Of a stretch of DNA of 64,000 nucleotides, positions 24,601-35,810 are shown one piece after another. Below the pieces are notes generated by a model, which was not told the DNA's origin, ran no database searches, and worked only from the letters and a program-made list of their open reading frames with translations. The stretch's first letter is position 1. Each line of letters begins with the position of its first letter. The DNA lies in contig CM030335.1 in assembly GCA_017654855.1 (NCBI GenBank), positions 2,728,001-2,792,000 of the forward strand. The letters run 5' to 3'. The stretch comes from Podospora anserina. Its lineage: Eukaryota. Both the position numbers and the translations under genes were made by a program.

Positions 24601-27600
24601 TTGGATTTGGTCAATATGCAGTTGGAGAATGCCAAGGAGGAGGCCGAGCGATACAAGACACATGGCCAATCCCTTGAGGATGAGCTGAACACTCTGCTCG
24701 AGACTCAACAGGAATTCACGGCGGAGTGGGAGAAGGACGCGAATGCTAAGGTGAGCACAATCACCGAGTTGGAGCAGCGCGTGGAGGCTCTCACGTTGGA
24801 GCTCGGTGCTTCGAATAACGAGCTTAACAAGCTTCGCGATTCGCAAGCCGATGTCGCGCGGAAATCGGAGGAGAAGGAGCGCATTCTCAACAGTGAGATT
24901 GCCCGGCTCAAGAGCGAGGAGGAGAAATACAGGGAAATCGCCAAGTATCATCAACAGGATCTGCGCACTCAACAGGAGATCACCGTCAAGGCTCAACAAG
25001 AGTACGAGTACGAGTTGGTCAAGCACGCTGAGGCCGCCAAGGCCCTGCAAGATATTCGGACAAAGTTCAACGAGCTCAAGATCGAGTCTGGCAAGTGGAA
25101 GGCTGAAGCTGAGTCGGCTAAACTGGCCCTGCGCCAGAGCGAACAATCCTGGGAGGAACGCAAGGTACAGCTTGAGCAGGAGATCACTGAGATCAAGGCT
25201 AGAAAAGAAGACGCCGCGGCGCAGAACAAGCTTCTACACCAGCAACTCGACAGTGTCACTGCCCAGATTGCCGCCCTTCAGCAGAACCGCGCGGACAGTG
25301 CTGGTGATGTCTCCGCTGGCGCGATCGCCGACACCGCTACCGAAGGCCTCAGAGAGCTCAACAACTACCTGCGCCGCGAAAAGGAGATTCTGGAAGTGCA
25401 GTACGACATTAAGCTGCAGGAGGCCAAACGTTTACAGCAACAGCTGGATTACTCACAATCGCAACTCGATGAGACACGTCTCAAGCTTGATCAGGAGCGT
25501 AGATCCAACTCGGATAGCTCACGCAACTCGGCTACGCACAAGGAGATTATGGATAAACTCACTGAGCTCAACATGATCCGCGAAAGCAATGTCACCCTGC
25601 GCAACGAGAACCAACGTACCCAGGCTCAGCTTGAACGCAAGACACAAAAGATTGAGGAGCTGGAGGCCAAGATCCAGCCTCTTGAGGCTCGCATCTCGGA
25701 GCTTGACTTTGACCGCAACTTCAAGGAGCAAGAGATCAAGCAGCTCCAGGAAGCCCGGGATGGCCTGCAGAAGAGAATTGAGTCTATTCTCAGCAAGTAT
25801 GGCCAGTCTGATCCCCAGGAGGTTGAGCAGCTCAAGGTCACGATCATGGAGCTTGAGACGGAGCGTGACGCTCTCAAGGCTTCGGGGCAGGCTTTGCAGG
25901 AGAAGCTCAAGGAGGCCGAGCAAACGTTGGAAACCAAGTCGAACGAGTGGAAGGCCCTCAGAGAGAAGTTTGCAGAGGACTTCAAGGGACGCTATAAGGC
26001 CATGAAGACGGCGCGCGATGAGGCTATTAACGACAAGGCTGTGCTGCAGGAGACGATTGACGGCCTCAACGCACGCTTGGCGGGCGTCGAGCAGGAGCTT
26101 ACTACGACGAAACAAGAGTTGGCCAGCGTGACAGAGAAGAAGAAGGAACTTGAGCAAAAGGCTGTGGCTCCAGCACCAGTGGCTGCTGCCCCGGTTTCAG
26201 TCTTCTCGCAGCCAACCGAAAACGGCGACAATTCCGAAGTGGTTGCACAACTCAATCAGCAGCTCGAGAGCCTCAAGTCAGAACTGGAGGCTGTCAAGGC
26301 CGACAAGGCTGCCACCGATGCTCAAATTCAACAACTGCAGACGGAGCTCGCGACTGCTGTATCTGAGCGCGATCAGGCTAGGGCTGCTGCCTCTGGTGGT
26401 GATGTCACAATGGAAGACGGCCCTTCTGCGGCCCCTGTTGGCAGCCTCACTGATGAGGAGCGCAAGGCTTTGGAGGAGAAGATCGCTGCCGCCGAGGCCA
26501 AGGCTGCTGAATTCGAGCAGAAGGCCAAGGAGTTGGAGGAGCAATCCGACGCCATCGTTCGCACCCGGTCCGAAAAGATGAAGACAGCCCTTAACAAGAA
26601 ACTGCAGGAGTCCAAGGAGAACCTGGAAAAGCAGGCTCAGGAGGAGAAAGCCAAACTGGAGGCCGAGTACCAATTGAAGTTGCAGCAGGAGATTGCTATT
26701 GTCAAGGCTGAACAGGTTACCTCGGCACCGCCCCAAAACGGCGTTCCGTCTACACCGGTCAAGCCGGCTGGTGAGCAACCACCAGCAACACCAGTCGTTG
26801 GTACTCCTGGCTTCGACATTGCGAACATTAGTGAGAGCCAAGTCCGCAGCTTTATTGCTAACAATACTGTTGTGGCCAACATTGTCAAGTCCAATGTGAA
26901 GAAATTGGTGGAGAAGGCAAAGGAGGCTACTGAGGCCTCGCTCAAGGCTGAATATGAGCAAAAGATTGCCACCGCCAAGGAACAGGCGTCTGCGCTGACC
27001 GAGAAGAAATCAGCTCTGCGTCTTAACATGCTCGACAGGCAACACAAGACTGCGCAGGCCAAGATTCAGATTGTTGAGACGGCTGCGAAGGAGACACCTC
27101 AGCGTCCTGTTGTGGAAGTCTGGGAGATTGCGAAGGACGCGAAGCCTCCGGCGCCAGCTCCTACGCCTACTCCGGCCCCTGCGGCTCCGGCTGCGGCTGC
27201 ATCTGCGACGGCGCAAGCTGCTCCTGCTGGTATGTTTCTTATCGATGCCGTCGACGTTTTGCGAAGACAAGATGCTAACACCACAGTAGCCACCCCAACG
27301 GAGGAGAAGCCTAAACCTCCGGCTCCTCAGATTCCCAAGCCAGCATCCACAGGCATCCCAGCACCTGGCTCAGCAATCCCAGCTCCATCGACAGGTCCCG
27401 CCTTTGCCCAAAAAGCAACTACCACCACCCCAGCGCCGAGCAATTTGCCTGTGGTCAACCCCTTCGGTCAGCCAGCTCCAGCTGCGCAAGCCCAGCCTGT
27501 TCAACCTCAACAGCAACAACAACAACAGATCCCACAGCCAGCAGTTAGAACTGGTATCCCATTGCCCAGAGGTGGCGCTGCCGCTGGCCGCGGAGGAAGG

Positions 27601-27864
27601 GGAGGTGTTTACCAGGCTCCGGGACGTGGTGGACCAGGTGGTCATCGCGGAAGGGGTGGGTTTCAGGGTAGGGGAGGCGCAGCGGCTGCTGGCAATGCTG
27701 GCCACTTGAACCCTGCTGCGGGAGAGTTCAACCCGAACCCATCGGCTGGTAACAAGAGGCCGAGGAATGATAGCGAGGTTGGGAGTGGGGAGCGGGGGGG
27801 GAAGAGGCCTAGGGGAGGGGGGAATGTTGGTGGTGGTGCTGGCGCTGGTGGCCAGCAACAATAG
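21624..27864 (+). CDS. MLP1: Nuclear basket coiled-coil protein Mlp1/Tpr; introns ~21907-21970 and ~27230-27286/9
   Basis: About 2000 aa of coiled coil with Tpr/Mlp motifs (QELELAKKNNEWY, FITERFVVFKNIAELQQKNEELL, ERDMFRRML, YEYELVKHAE, YLRREKEI, NMIRESNVTLR), plus an RG-rich, NLS-like C-terminus. Confidence 0.9.
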
Positions 27865-28526
27865 TATTATTGCGGTGGGCGGCTGGGGTATTATTGAGTC
27901 CTTCGAAGGGGTTTGGGGAACTTGTGTTGGGGATTGAGCGGGGGAGGAAACCTGTATTATATTCTTTGCGCTTTTTTTTAAAATGGGAATGGGGTCACAG
28001 GGAAAATTTTGGGAGAATGAGGAGTGGAGGGGTGTGATGATGGTTTAATGCATGTTTTGCTGTGAAATGGGATGTTGTGATATTGATGAGGATAGGGAAA
28101 GGAGGAACTTTTTTTTTTAGTTGCATATTGTTTAACTTGGATGACTGTAGTGATGGTTTGTTTGTTTTTGTTGTGTTGAAGGAGTCAGGGGTAGCATGTT
28201 AACCCTAACCCGCGACTGAGTCAGTCCATCATGTAAGTCGCCTTCCTGATTGGGATCGTAGGTAGGCTGTGCAACAGTGTTTTGATGAAGATTAGGTAAA
28301 TCCCAGATATGATGCGCTCATTCATGCTAGTGATTAGCTTTGTGAGATGATTGGGTCAAGTAAGAAGTTTACGAGCGGGCGAATGTCAGCGTAACGTTGT
28401 GATGAATGCCAGGGGTTGAGCAAGAAGGTCACATTAGCTTGGTGTCAGCATGAGGCTTGGCTTGGGGGAATGACTGACTTAAGAGGGGGATATTGCCAGT
28501 GTTGGATTCCATTGTGGGCATGTTTA

Positions 28527-28557
28527 TCGTTGTTGTTGTTGTTGTTGTTGTTGTTGT
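28527..28557. repeat. (TTG)n microsatellite, about 9-10 units
   Basis: Direct reading of the sequence. Confidence 0.85.
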
Positions 28558-28620
28558 GTTTTTCTCACTCACTCTCGCTTTCGTCTCACTTCTTGTCGCT
28601 CGCTATGATATATCAACACC

Positions 28621-29737
28621 ATGGGCTGGGCAAAGGGATTATTAGACTATCAACCCCCTAAGCAGCAACCCCCTCACATCAACACAAGACAAGAACCAGT
28701 ATTTTCAGCATCAGACATCCCCTCCCTCTGTCAAGACACATGCCGTAACGTCACCCCCCGACCTTCCTCCCCATTCCCCGCTAACCCTGTCCCCAGTCCA
28801 AGCCTACACCAAAACACAACAAACAGGCAAACAACCTCTCCTCTGCCAAAGCCCCGGCTCAGACTTTAGAGCCCTGCACTCCAACTGCAAAACGTGCTGC
28901 GCCCGCTACGTGTCCAACGTTGACTCGCTCGAACGGGCGAATAAAGCGCTGTACGAAAAGTTTGGGACGTATCTTGACTATTGCGAGGCCTTGGACGCCT
29001 TTGCGGTGTTTACCCCTGATCCGGCGGCGGTGGGGAGTGCTGCTACGACGGGAAGGGTGTATGCGGCCACTGAGTTGGCGGTCGTGACGGCTACTTTTAC
29101 GGTTACTACTCAGACTGTGGGGGTTAGGGCTACGGGGGTGGGGGTGGTGGTTGAAGGGGGGGATGATGGGGGGCAGAAGGTTAATACGGGGGTTATTGTT
29201 GGGGTGGTTGTTGGGGCGGTGATAGCGGTGATTGTGGTTGCGGTGATGGGGGTGCTGTTTTTGAGGGGGAGGTATAAACGGCGGGTGAAGGCTCTGGGGA
29301 AGGATAGGGGCGGGAGTAGCAGTGGGGGGAGTAGTACTACTATTGGGAATGATGTTGGGGTTGTTGAAGTGGAGAACAAGGAGATGGTGATTGCAGAGCT
29401 GGATGGGACGCCGGTGGTGAAGAGGGCGGAGATGGATGTTGAGGGGGGTTATAAGGAGCTGGATGTGGAGTTTGGGTATGGGGAGTTGGACGTGATGGAG
29501 AAGAGATTGTCAGAGAATGGGGAGAGGTACGGCGTGGATAGAGAAGAGATTAAACAAACCAGTAACAAAGAGAGAGGTGAAAGGGAAGATGAGGAAAACG
29601 CCGATGATGCGGGCGGTATGGTTGGGAAAGAAGAGCGGGCGGATCAGAATGGAGGACAAACAACGAAGAGCAAAAGGACATCAGCTGACATCGCACAAGT
29701 GGAAGAAATAACATATCAGACTAGTCACGAGAGATGA
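28621..29737 (+). CDS. Receptor-like family paralog P1: 6-Cys ectodomain, TM helix, acidic E[LM]D tail repeats; intron 28745-28796
   Basis: IPSLCQDTC|LQAY...LLCQSPGSDF...NCKTCC...FGTYLDYC; TM GVIVGVVVGAVIAVIVVAVMGVLFL-RGRYKRR; tail AELDG..RAEMDVEGGYKELDVEFGYGELD. Confidence 0.75.
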
Positions 29738-29899
29738 GAACATGAAGGTCAATCTTAGAAAAAGGCGACAAGGATATTTATAAGGCTTACTGTCCTCCAA
29801 GAAACACACACAAAATCAGCATAATTTGGGAGAAAGGCTGCCTAAGTAAGTAGCAAAAAGAAATAGATATGAATTCATCTATTTTGGCAAAAGATGAAG

Positions 29900-30018
29900 A
29901 CATACAACATCAGGGATTCCCCAGTCGTCACCGACCTGAGTACTGGTCTGACCCTTAACTGCTTGATGAGGGGAGAGCGGACGGGATCCCGTATTTTCAG
30001 CTAGGTATGGTCGTATGT
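29900..30018 (-). rRNA. 5S rRNA gene (divergent isotype A)
   Basis: 119 nt, ACATACGACCATACC...CCCGTCCGCTCT...AGTACTCAGG..GTGA..CTGGGGAATCCCTG.TGTTGTATGT, with a T4 tract shortly downstream. Confidence 0.93.
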
Positions 30019-30595
30019 GACGGTTCAGTGTGAAAATGAGACTTTTGTGTACTTGGTAGCATTAGATGGATATACCCCATGAAATTTACATTTATATTGG
30101 AGGAGACATCCCGAGAGAAATCAGCACTTAAAAGGAATATCGAGGAAAGGGAATAATCTAGAAAGCAAAGAAGGCTTTTGACATCGGACTTTACAGGACC
30201 TATGATCGAGTCCGAACACCGCAGGCATAAATCTGCCTGGCCTTCCAACCAATCCTACAACTGAAACGAGGTAGACTAACTACATAGACTTGGATTTCAC
30301 TTGCGGCGAGCACCTGGACCCCACCCTATGGATTAAATCCTAGTGGTCTATCGCTATGGCTGCTCGCTTTTAACTCTTAAACTTTACATAGCCTGTGAGG
30401 CTATGTTTTTGAGATGTCTGTCTATTGGTTCTGTTTTTGTAGAGTCCGAGGTCTACCAAACTATGGACTTCAGGCGTATTGTGTTTGACCCTCCGCTCGG
30501 TCTTTTAAGAGACCGGCGCCCGAAGTCAATTGCTGAACAAGATAGCTCAAATAGCCCAACTAGATATTTTTTTGAGAGGACACTTCACTAATACT

Positions 30596-31592
30596 ATGAC
30601 TGTCGCAAGAGAAAAAAGATACAATACCATGGTATTATCTCCAGCAATTACCGTATGGCTGCTGGGCAGTTTGCGGTATGTTCATGGCCATATTGCATTG
30701 ATTTTCAGCAAGATACTGAATAACAGGATTTCCAAAAAGCGCATACAAAGAAGCCCAAATCGACGACAACTTCCCCAGCATATGCAACCCAGAATCAGCA
30801 TATCAAATCAACTACAAGAGCTGCGATCTCTGCTGCGCTATGAACCAGCGGTACCATGACATCGCCGAGTCGAAGGATGTGGAAGTGTATTTGGAGGAAA
30901 TTTTCGGTAGCTACAACCGACACTGCCTTGACTACCAGAGCGGCGTTACAGTCACCGAGATAATTTCCAGAACAATTACTACTGCGACATCCAAATCTAC
31001 TGAGCCAGTTCTTCCCGGTCAATTTTCTACCACGGCCTCGGTCTCTGTTTCAATTTCTGACAGCTCCATTTTCCCCGAGACAACCAACTCCGATCTTTCA
31101 TCCAACGGCACCTTTTTCAACAGCAGCGATAGTCCAGCCAACAGTTCTGGCTTTGGTTTACATCACATGATCGTCACAGGTGTCTGTTCTGGAGCAGCAG
31201 CGCTTCTTGTAGGTTGTCTGGTATACTGGCAGCGCCGTCGGAGAAGAAGCCAAGGGCAACACTCGGAGCACCAAGCAAAACAAAAAGAAAAGGATCTAGA
31301 GAGCTCTCTCAAATGTCAGTCTATCATTGTAGATGTCGATGACAGTTCCATCAGGGATACAATCACCTTGGTTGGGTTAGACGGTGGCTCTTGGATGGAG
31401 AAAAATGGCAGTCCGCCGCCAAGAGTAGAAATGGATATTGACTCTGGGGCCTGTGAGTTGGACTTGGATAATGGTCATGGCGAGATGATCGTTGAGATGA
31501 GTTTACGGGTAGAATTGAGTACAGAGAGTGGGTATGGAGAGCTGGAGGGCTCTTTGAGTGGAACGAGGCCGGCGGCGTGGAACCAGGGGTGA
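30596..31592 (+). CDS. Receptor-like family paralog P2; intron 30676-30726; start unresolved (nearest ATG at 30596 is out of frame with the first Cys exon)
   Basis: LPYGCWAVC|G..SAY...ICNPESAYQINYKSCDLCC...IFGSYNRHC; Ser/Thr stalk; TM MIVTGVCSGAAALLVGCLVYW-QRRRRR; tail RVEMDIDSGACELDLDNGHGEM...VELSTESGYGELEG. Confidence 0.65.
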
Positions 31593-31668
31593 CTGGCACG
31601 GGAATGGAGGAAAGCACAGGCAAAGACTTTCGGAGTAAAGAGGAAAAACAGTGTAAAGTAGGGTAGAT

Positions 31669-32424
31669 TCATCGGTTTCCCGCGTTCAGTTTCGAATGCT
31701 CATTGGGAGGCTGAACATCCATCTCGCTGTAGCCACTTCCCAAGTCCAACTCGCAAGCCCTCTCCTCAACCTCCATCTCAGTTCTAGGATTTCCCTCTAT
31801 TTCCCGTATCATAGGTGAGACCTCTGCCTTTATTTCTGAGGGCCTATCAACCTCTGCAGTGGTAGATTGCGATTCGAGGTCTTTCTTCCTCAACTCCCGC
31901 CGTTTGCCCTCGGCCTTTTGCTCCAACAAGCGGGTGCGCTCGACCTTATCTCCAGAGCAGTTTCGATACGCAGTTACGATGCAAGCGAGAAGCAGTATCC
32001 CTCCCACCACGCCGAGAACTGTGCCAATAATATGCGCGAGAGTGAAACCGGAGCTGGATTGTGGTTCAGGTCTGTTGGCATTGGTCCCAGAGACACCATT
32101 GAAGTCATTGCAACGATTGGTGTACTCTCCAAATATGGAAACCAGCGTTGCGTTTATGCTGTTGGCTGTTTTATGGATATCGTTCGTCTGAGTTGTTGAG
32201 CAACAGACCAGACAATTCGAGTAATTGATCTGGTAGGAAGATTCGGGTTTGCAGTATTCTGGAAATGTCTCGAAGAGTCGGACTTGCTGGTAGGCTTTGT
32301 CTGTAGGTTTTCTGGTCAATTGGGGTTGAGGAACACAACTGCCGGATAAAGACATACTGCAGACCTCCCAGCATGGGGGCGGCAAATCTCGGAACTCCAA
32401 TGTTATACCGTTAGGATCACTCAT
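31669..32424 (-). CDS. Receptor-like family paralog P3; intron 32301-32357
   Basis: LPPPCWEVC|NKAY...YCKPESSYQINYSNCLVCC...IFGEYTNRC; TM IIGTVLGVVGGILLLACIVTAY; tail IREIEG.PRTEMEVEERACELDLGSGYSEMD. Confidence 0.75.
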   Translation of the reverse strand: MSDPNGITLEFRDLPPPCWEVCSMSLSGSCVPQPQLTRKPTDKAYQQVRLFETFPEYCKPESSYQINYSNCLVCCSTTQTNDIHKTANSINATLVSIFGEYTNRCNDFNGVSGTNANRPEPQSSSGFTLAHIIGTVLGVVGGILLLACIVTAYRNCSGDKVERTRLLEQKAEGKRRELRKKDLESQSTTAEVDRPSEIKAEVSPMIREIEGNPRTEMEVEERACELDLGSGYSEMDVQPPNEHSKLNAGNR

Positions 32425-33252
32425 GATATCGAAAGGTTTTTGGAGATAGAGTGAGGAAGAAGATTTGATGGGGAGTGGGCGTTAGGAAGCCGAGTGGACA
32501 ATCCTGAACATACGGATACAGATGGACCATGGAGCTCACATGAATCAGCCGACCTCTATCGGTCTTCAGAGGAAACTCAGCCCCGAAGCATTCACCGAAG
32601 ACATATCGACAAGGCTAGATGCCACATGTGGGAAAGATATAATAAGGTAAGTATCAATGATAACAGCACGATGTTGCGTTGCAATCTAAGAGTTGGGGGC
32701 CAAGTTCACCATCGCGAATGATATATAGTAGGTAGGTAGTGCTTAGCCGGGCGAAGGGCAGCTGACGTCAGTACCCGACTGAACTATACAATTGTGGCTG
32801 CTGTAGAATCTCTCAGGGGTTTAGTGCCCGGTGCTTCATTGTACTTGCTGGTTGCAAGACTGTTAACTGGGTGAGAAAAGCCAGGAGTACTCTACAGACG
32901 AGGAAAGGAATGACGGTGTATGTGGAAGTTTGGATACATTAGTCTAGCACTGAGTCTATGAGGATTCTGCAGCTTTTCTCTCTTCCAAATTCTCGTTACT
33001 TCAAATGCATCTGTTCAGCTTCGAGATACCTTAGACAGCTCTACACCCTTGGTTAGTGACCGAGACAGAGAAACCTCACGTCCCTTTTCCAGACAAAGAG
33101 GCTGGGGATACCCGAGGTTTTTCAGGGCGAGGTGGTATTATTCAGGCAGGTGGATGTTCATTCCTTCCTGCTCAATATCGGTGGTCTGACTGTGTCTCGT
33201 AGCCGTTTGTTCTCTGATCAAGTAATAGCCATGAACTCTAACAAACTCTATC

Positions 33253-33371
33253 ACATACGACCACAGACAGTAGAAAGCTCGGGATCCCGTCCGCTCTCCC
33301 CTAGATAAGCTACTGATCGCCAGACTAGTACTCAGGTGGGTGACCACTGGGGAATCCCTGGTGTTGTATGT
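33253..33371 (+). rRNA. 5S rRNA gene (isotype B)
   Basis: 119 nt, ACATACGACCACAGACAGTAG...GGTGTTGTATGT followed by a T-run terminator; TAATA about 30 nt upstream. Confidence 0.96.
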
Positions 33372-33951
33372 TTTTGCAATTTTTGTTGGTGTCTGTGCCC
33401 CACTTCAGGGGGCGGTCAGGGGTTAGAGCTCCACATTGTACTGGCGCCAGGTGCCTGCTGCCGCTGATGTTTGTAGCTTGCAAGCTTTGTGTTAGATATC
33501 TAGTAAAGCTGAGCTATATGGTACGTAGGTTTGAAGTTTCGAAGGTTAAACAGTTAGGAATGTGGCGTGGAGCTAGGACAACACGCTGCACCTAGATCAA
33601 GCACGCGGAGGTAACTGCCGTGAATATAACAAGTGCGGAACAGATCAAGTCACCGAGATTTTACCATTAAATCATTAAGTTTCCGTAGTGATGAAAGGGA
33701 TGGCATTGGTGTTTGTAGATGCGGGGCGCCTGGTGTGTAATATATCCTGCAGGCTGGCAACTACAGCCTGATATATCGGAATAGCTTTCGCTGGGTTTCT
33801 GACCTTCTTCTCAAACCTTCTACTCAAGCATGCCCCTAGTATTGTCAGTTTCGTGGGGTTCTTTACACATCCCCGACCTTAAAATCGCCTCCTGGTTTTC
33901 TTCTTTGATAACCCCAACGCAAAAAAAAGTAAAGCTTGTTCCCTGCCCAAA

Positions 33952-34461
33952 ATGAACTCTGAATTCAGTCAAGTCCGAACAACACACCCAAACTATGACA
34001 TAAATTCGACGACTCTCAGTCCCCATGCTAACACCCAAAACGAAGCGGTCGGTTTGGGGACGCTCTCCAACTCTCAACTCATAAGTGTCATTATTGGCTC
34101 GTCAGCTGCGGTCATCATAAACCAGTGTCTGGTTGCAGTGTGGTGGTGCAAATACAGGCGTAGACGATCGATATCGTCACACCATGCTGAAGCAAAACAG
34201 AAAGACGGTATAGGATTAGACGTGGAAAAGAAACTGGAAACAACGATGGGTGGAGATTCGCTAGCCATCCATGAGCTGGATGGAACGCCGATACGTGAGG
34301 TAGATGGGAAACCGGGGTCTAGGGTAGAGATGGATCTTGGACATGGGGCCAGTGAAATGGATGTGGTGTTTGGGTACGTGGAGTTGAGTCAGGGCTTTGG
34401 GTCTAGAAACCCTGAGACTTTTGGAAGAGGAAAAGATAATAACAAGGAGAAGGACGCATGA
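33952..34461 (+). CDS. Receptor-like family paralog P4, lacking the Cys ectodomain (truncated or stalk-only)
   Basis: TM LISVIIGSSAAVIINQCLVAVWWC-KYRRRR; HHAEAKQKD resembles P2 EHQAKQKE; tail IHELDGTPIREVDG..SRVEMDLGHGASEMDVVFGYVELS. Confidence 0.6.
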   Translation: MNSEFSQVRTTHPNYDINSTTLSPHANTQNEAVGLGTLSNSQLISVIIGSSAAVIINQCLVAVWWCKYRRRRSISSHHAEAKQKDGIGLDVEKKLETTMGGDSLAIHELDGTPIREVDGKPGSRVEMDLGHGASEMDVVFGYVELSQGFGSRNPETFGRGKDNNKEKDA

Positions 34462-35048
34462 TCTTTGCATAGGTGCCTACTTTGCCGTTAAGCTGCTTGC
34501 ACTTCAGCCCGCATTTGTCAACCATCATACTGTTCCAGAGGAGTACCCGCTTCCTCTAGGACCACAAACAGAATTAGATACAGATGAAATTTGCTGAGCT
34601 TCAACAGAATCTTGAGAGGCGCGTCGAGTAGCGCAAGGTTGCCTCAAAGCACTATGTGTAACCGCAAAAGCCAGTATTGGGGGCGCAGTATCAATGGGAA
34701 TCGGGTAGACTTAGAGGACCAGTTACGTCGCTTAGACTGGATGCCTTGTTTCTTTCAATTTCTCCAACCAGTGTGAACGTTAAAGAAGGCTGCCCATGTG
34801 ACCTCAGGGACTTGTGATAGTCTCCACATCAGTCAATCCTCGACAAATTAATGCTACGCCCGTAGGTCAAACTGATCTCAGGTGATAGATGGATACATGT
34901 TTCTTTTCTGGGCTCATGTTTCTTATATCCTTATAGACTTGTGGTCACCAAGACTGGTATTTCTGCTGAAAGAGACACCGCGCCGCTACCTTTTTCTGTC
35001 AGAATTGGCCATCCCTTGACTTCTATAGCTTTGGTTTCCCCTCTGCAG

Positions 35049-35810
35049 ATATGCTTTCGCTGCTAAACGACTATCAAGGGTGCCATGGAAGACTGCCTCC
35101 ATGGTTCGAGACAACCAGACAGAGTTGTGTGAGAAAGCCCTGGATTGGCAACCTGGATACCTCACATGCAAGGACTGCGTTCAAAAACTGTATCCTCTCC
35201 CAAACGTCGAGATCGTTGATGTTGAGTTTAGGGCTTTTCTTGAACCATGCCTAGACCAGCTTCTCCAAGTTCAGAACACCGAGGCTCGTGGGACAAGTAC
35301 TCCATTGCTGAAACAGTCTGTTCTTACTCTCAGCCCCAGCAGCATCATCACACCAACATTGACTTGGGAATCGTCCCCAGTATTTACTACCTCTCGACAG
35401 TTAACCTACTTCACAATGGCCACACAGATCCCAACAAGTACGACAGCGTCCCTTCCAGGCAAGTCAGATTTGCTTAGAAACCCCCATTATTCCCTATCAT
35501 GAGCGATTGCTGACTGGGTTTATGTCAGAAATGCAACGTCATAATCCCAACCCCCAACCCAGGCCTTTTAGCGGGTTCAATCCTTGGTACCATCCTCTTA
35601 CTGTCAATCACTTCCGCGGTTTGGTTCTACCGTCGCCGGAAACAAAAAGAGGGTGCCATTTTGTCACCCGAGAATAGATCGCAAGTCAACGAGTTACAAA
35701 CAAGGGAGAGGGTGGTGGAGCTAGGGCAAAGAGAAGTTGATGGGTAGTCAGCTTTGGGCTCGGTGCATGAGTTGGATGCGCGGTCCAATTCTCTAAGAAC
35801 AAACAAATGA
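35049..35810 (+). pseudogene. Receptor-like family paralog P5, probably degenerate
   Basis: ELCEKALDWQPGYLTCKDC...FRAFLEPC, then a Ser/Thr stalk. The TM exon (GLLAGSILGTILLLSITSAVWFY-RRRK) does not splice cleanly in frame. The tail VNELQ..VVELG.REVDG*SALGSVHELDA has an in-frame TAG at 35745. Confidence 0.55.

Noticed and set aside
22198-27861. Many long antisense and alternate-frame ORFs over MLP1
   Set aside because: Shadow ORFs caused by codon bias in a coiled-coil gene.
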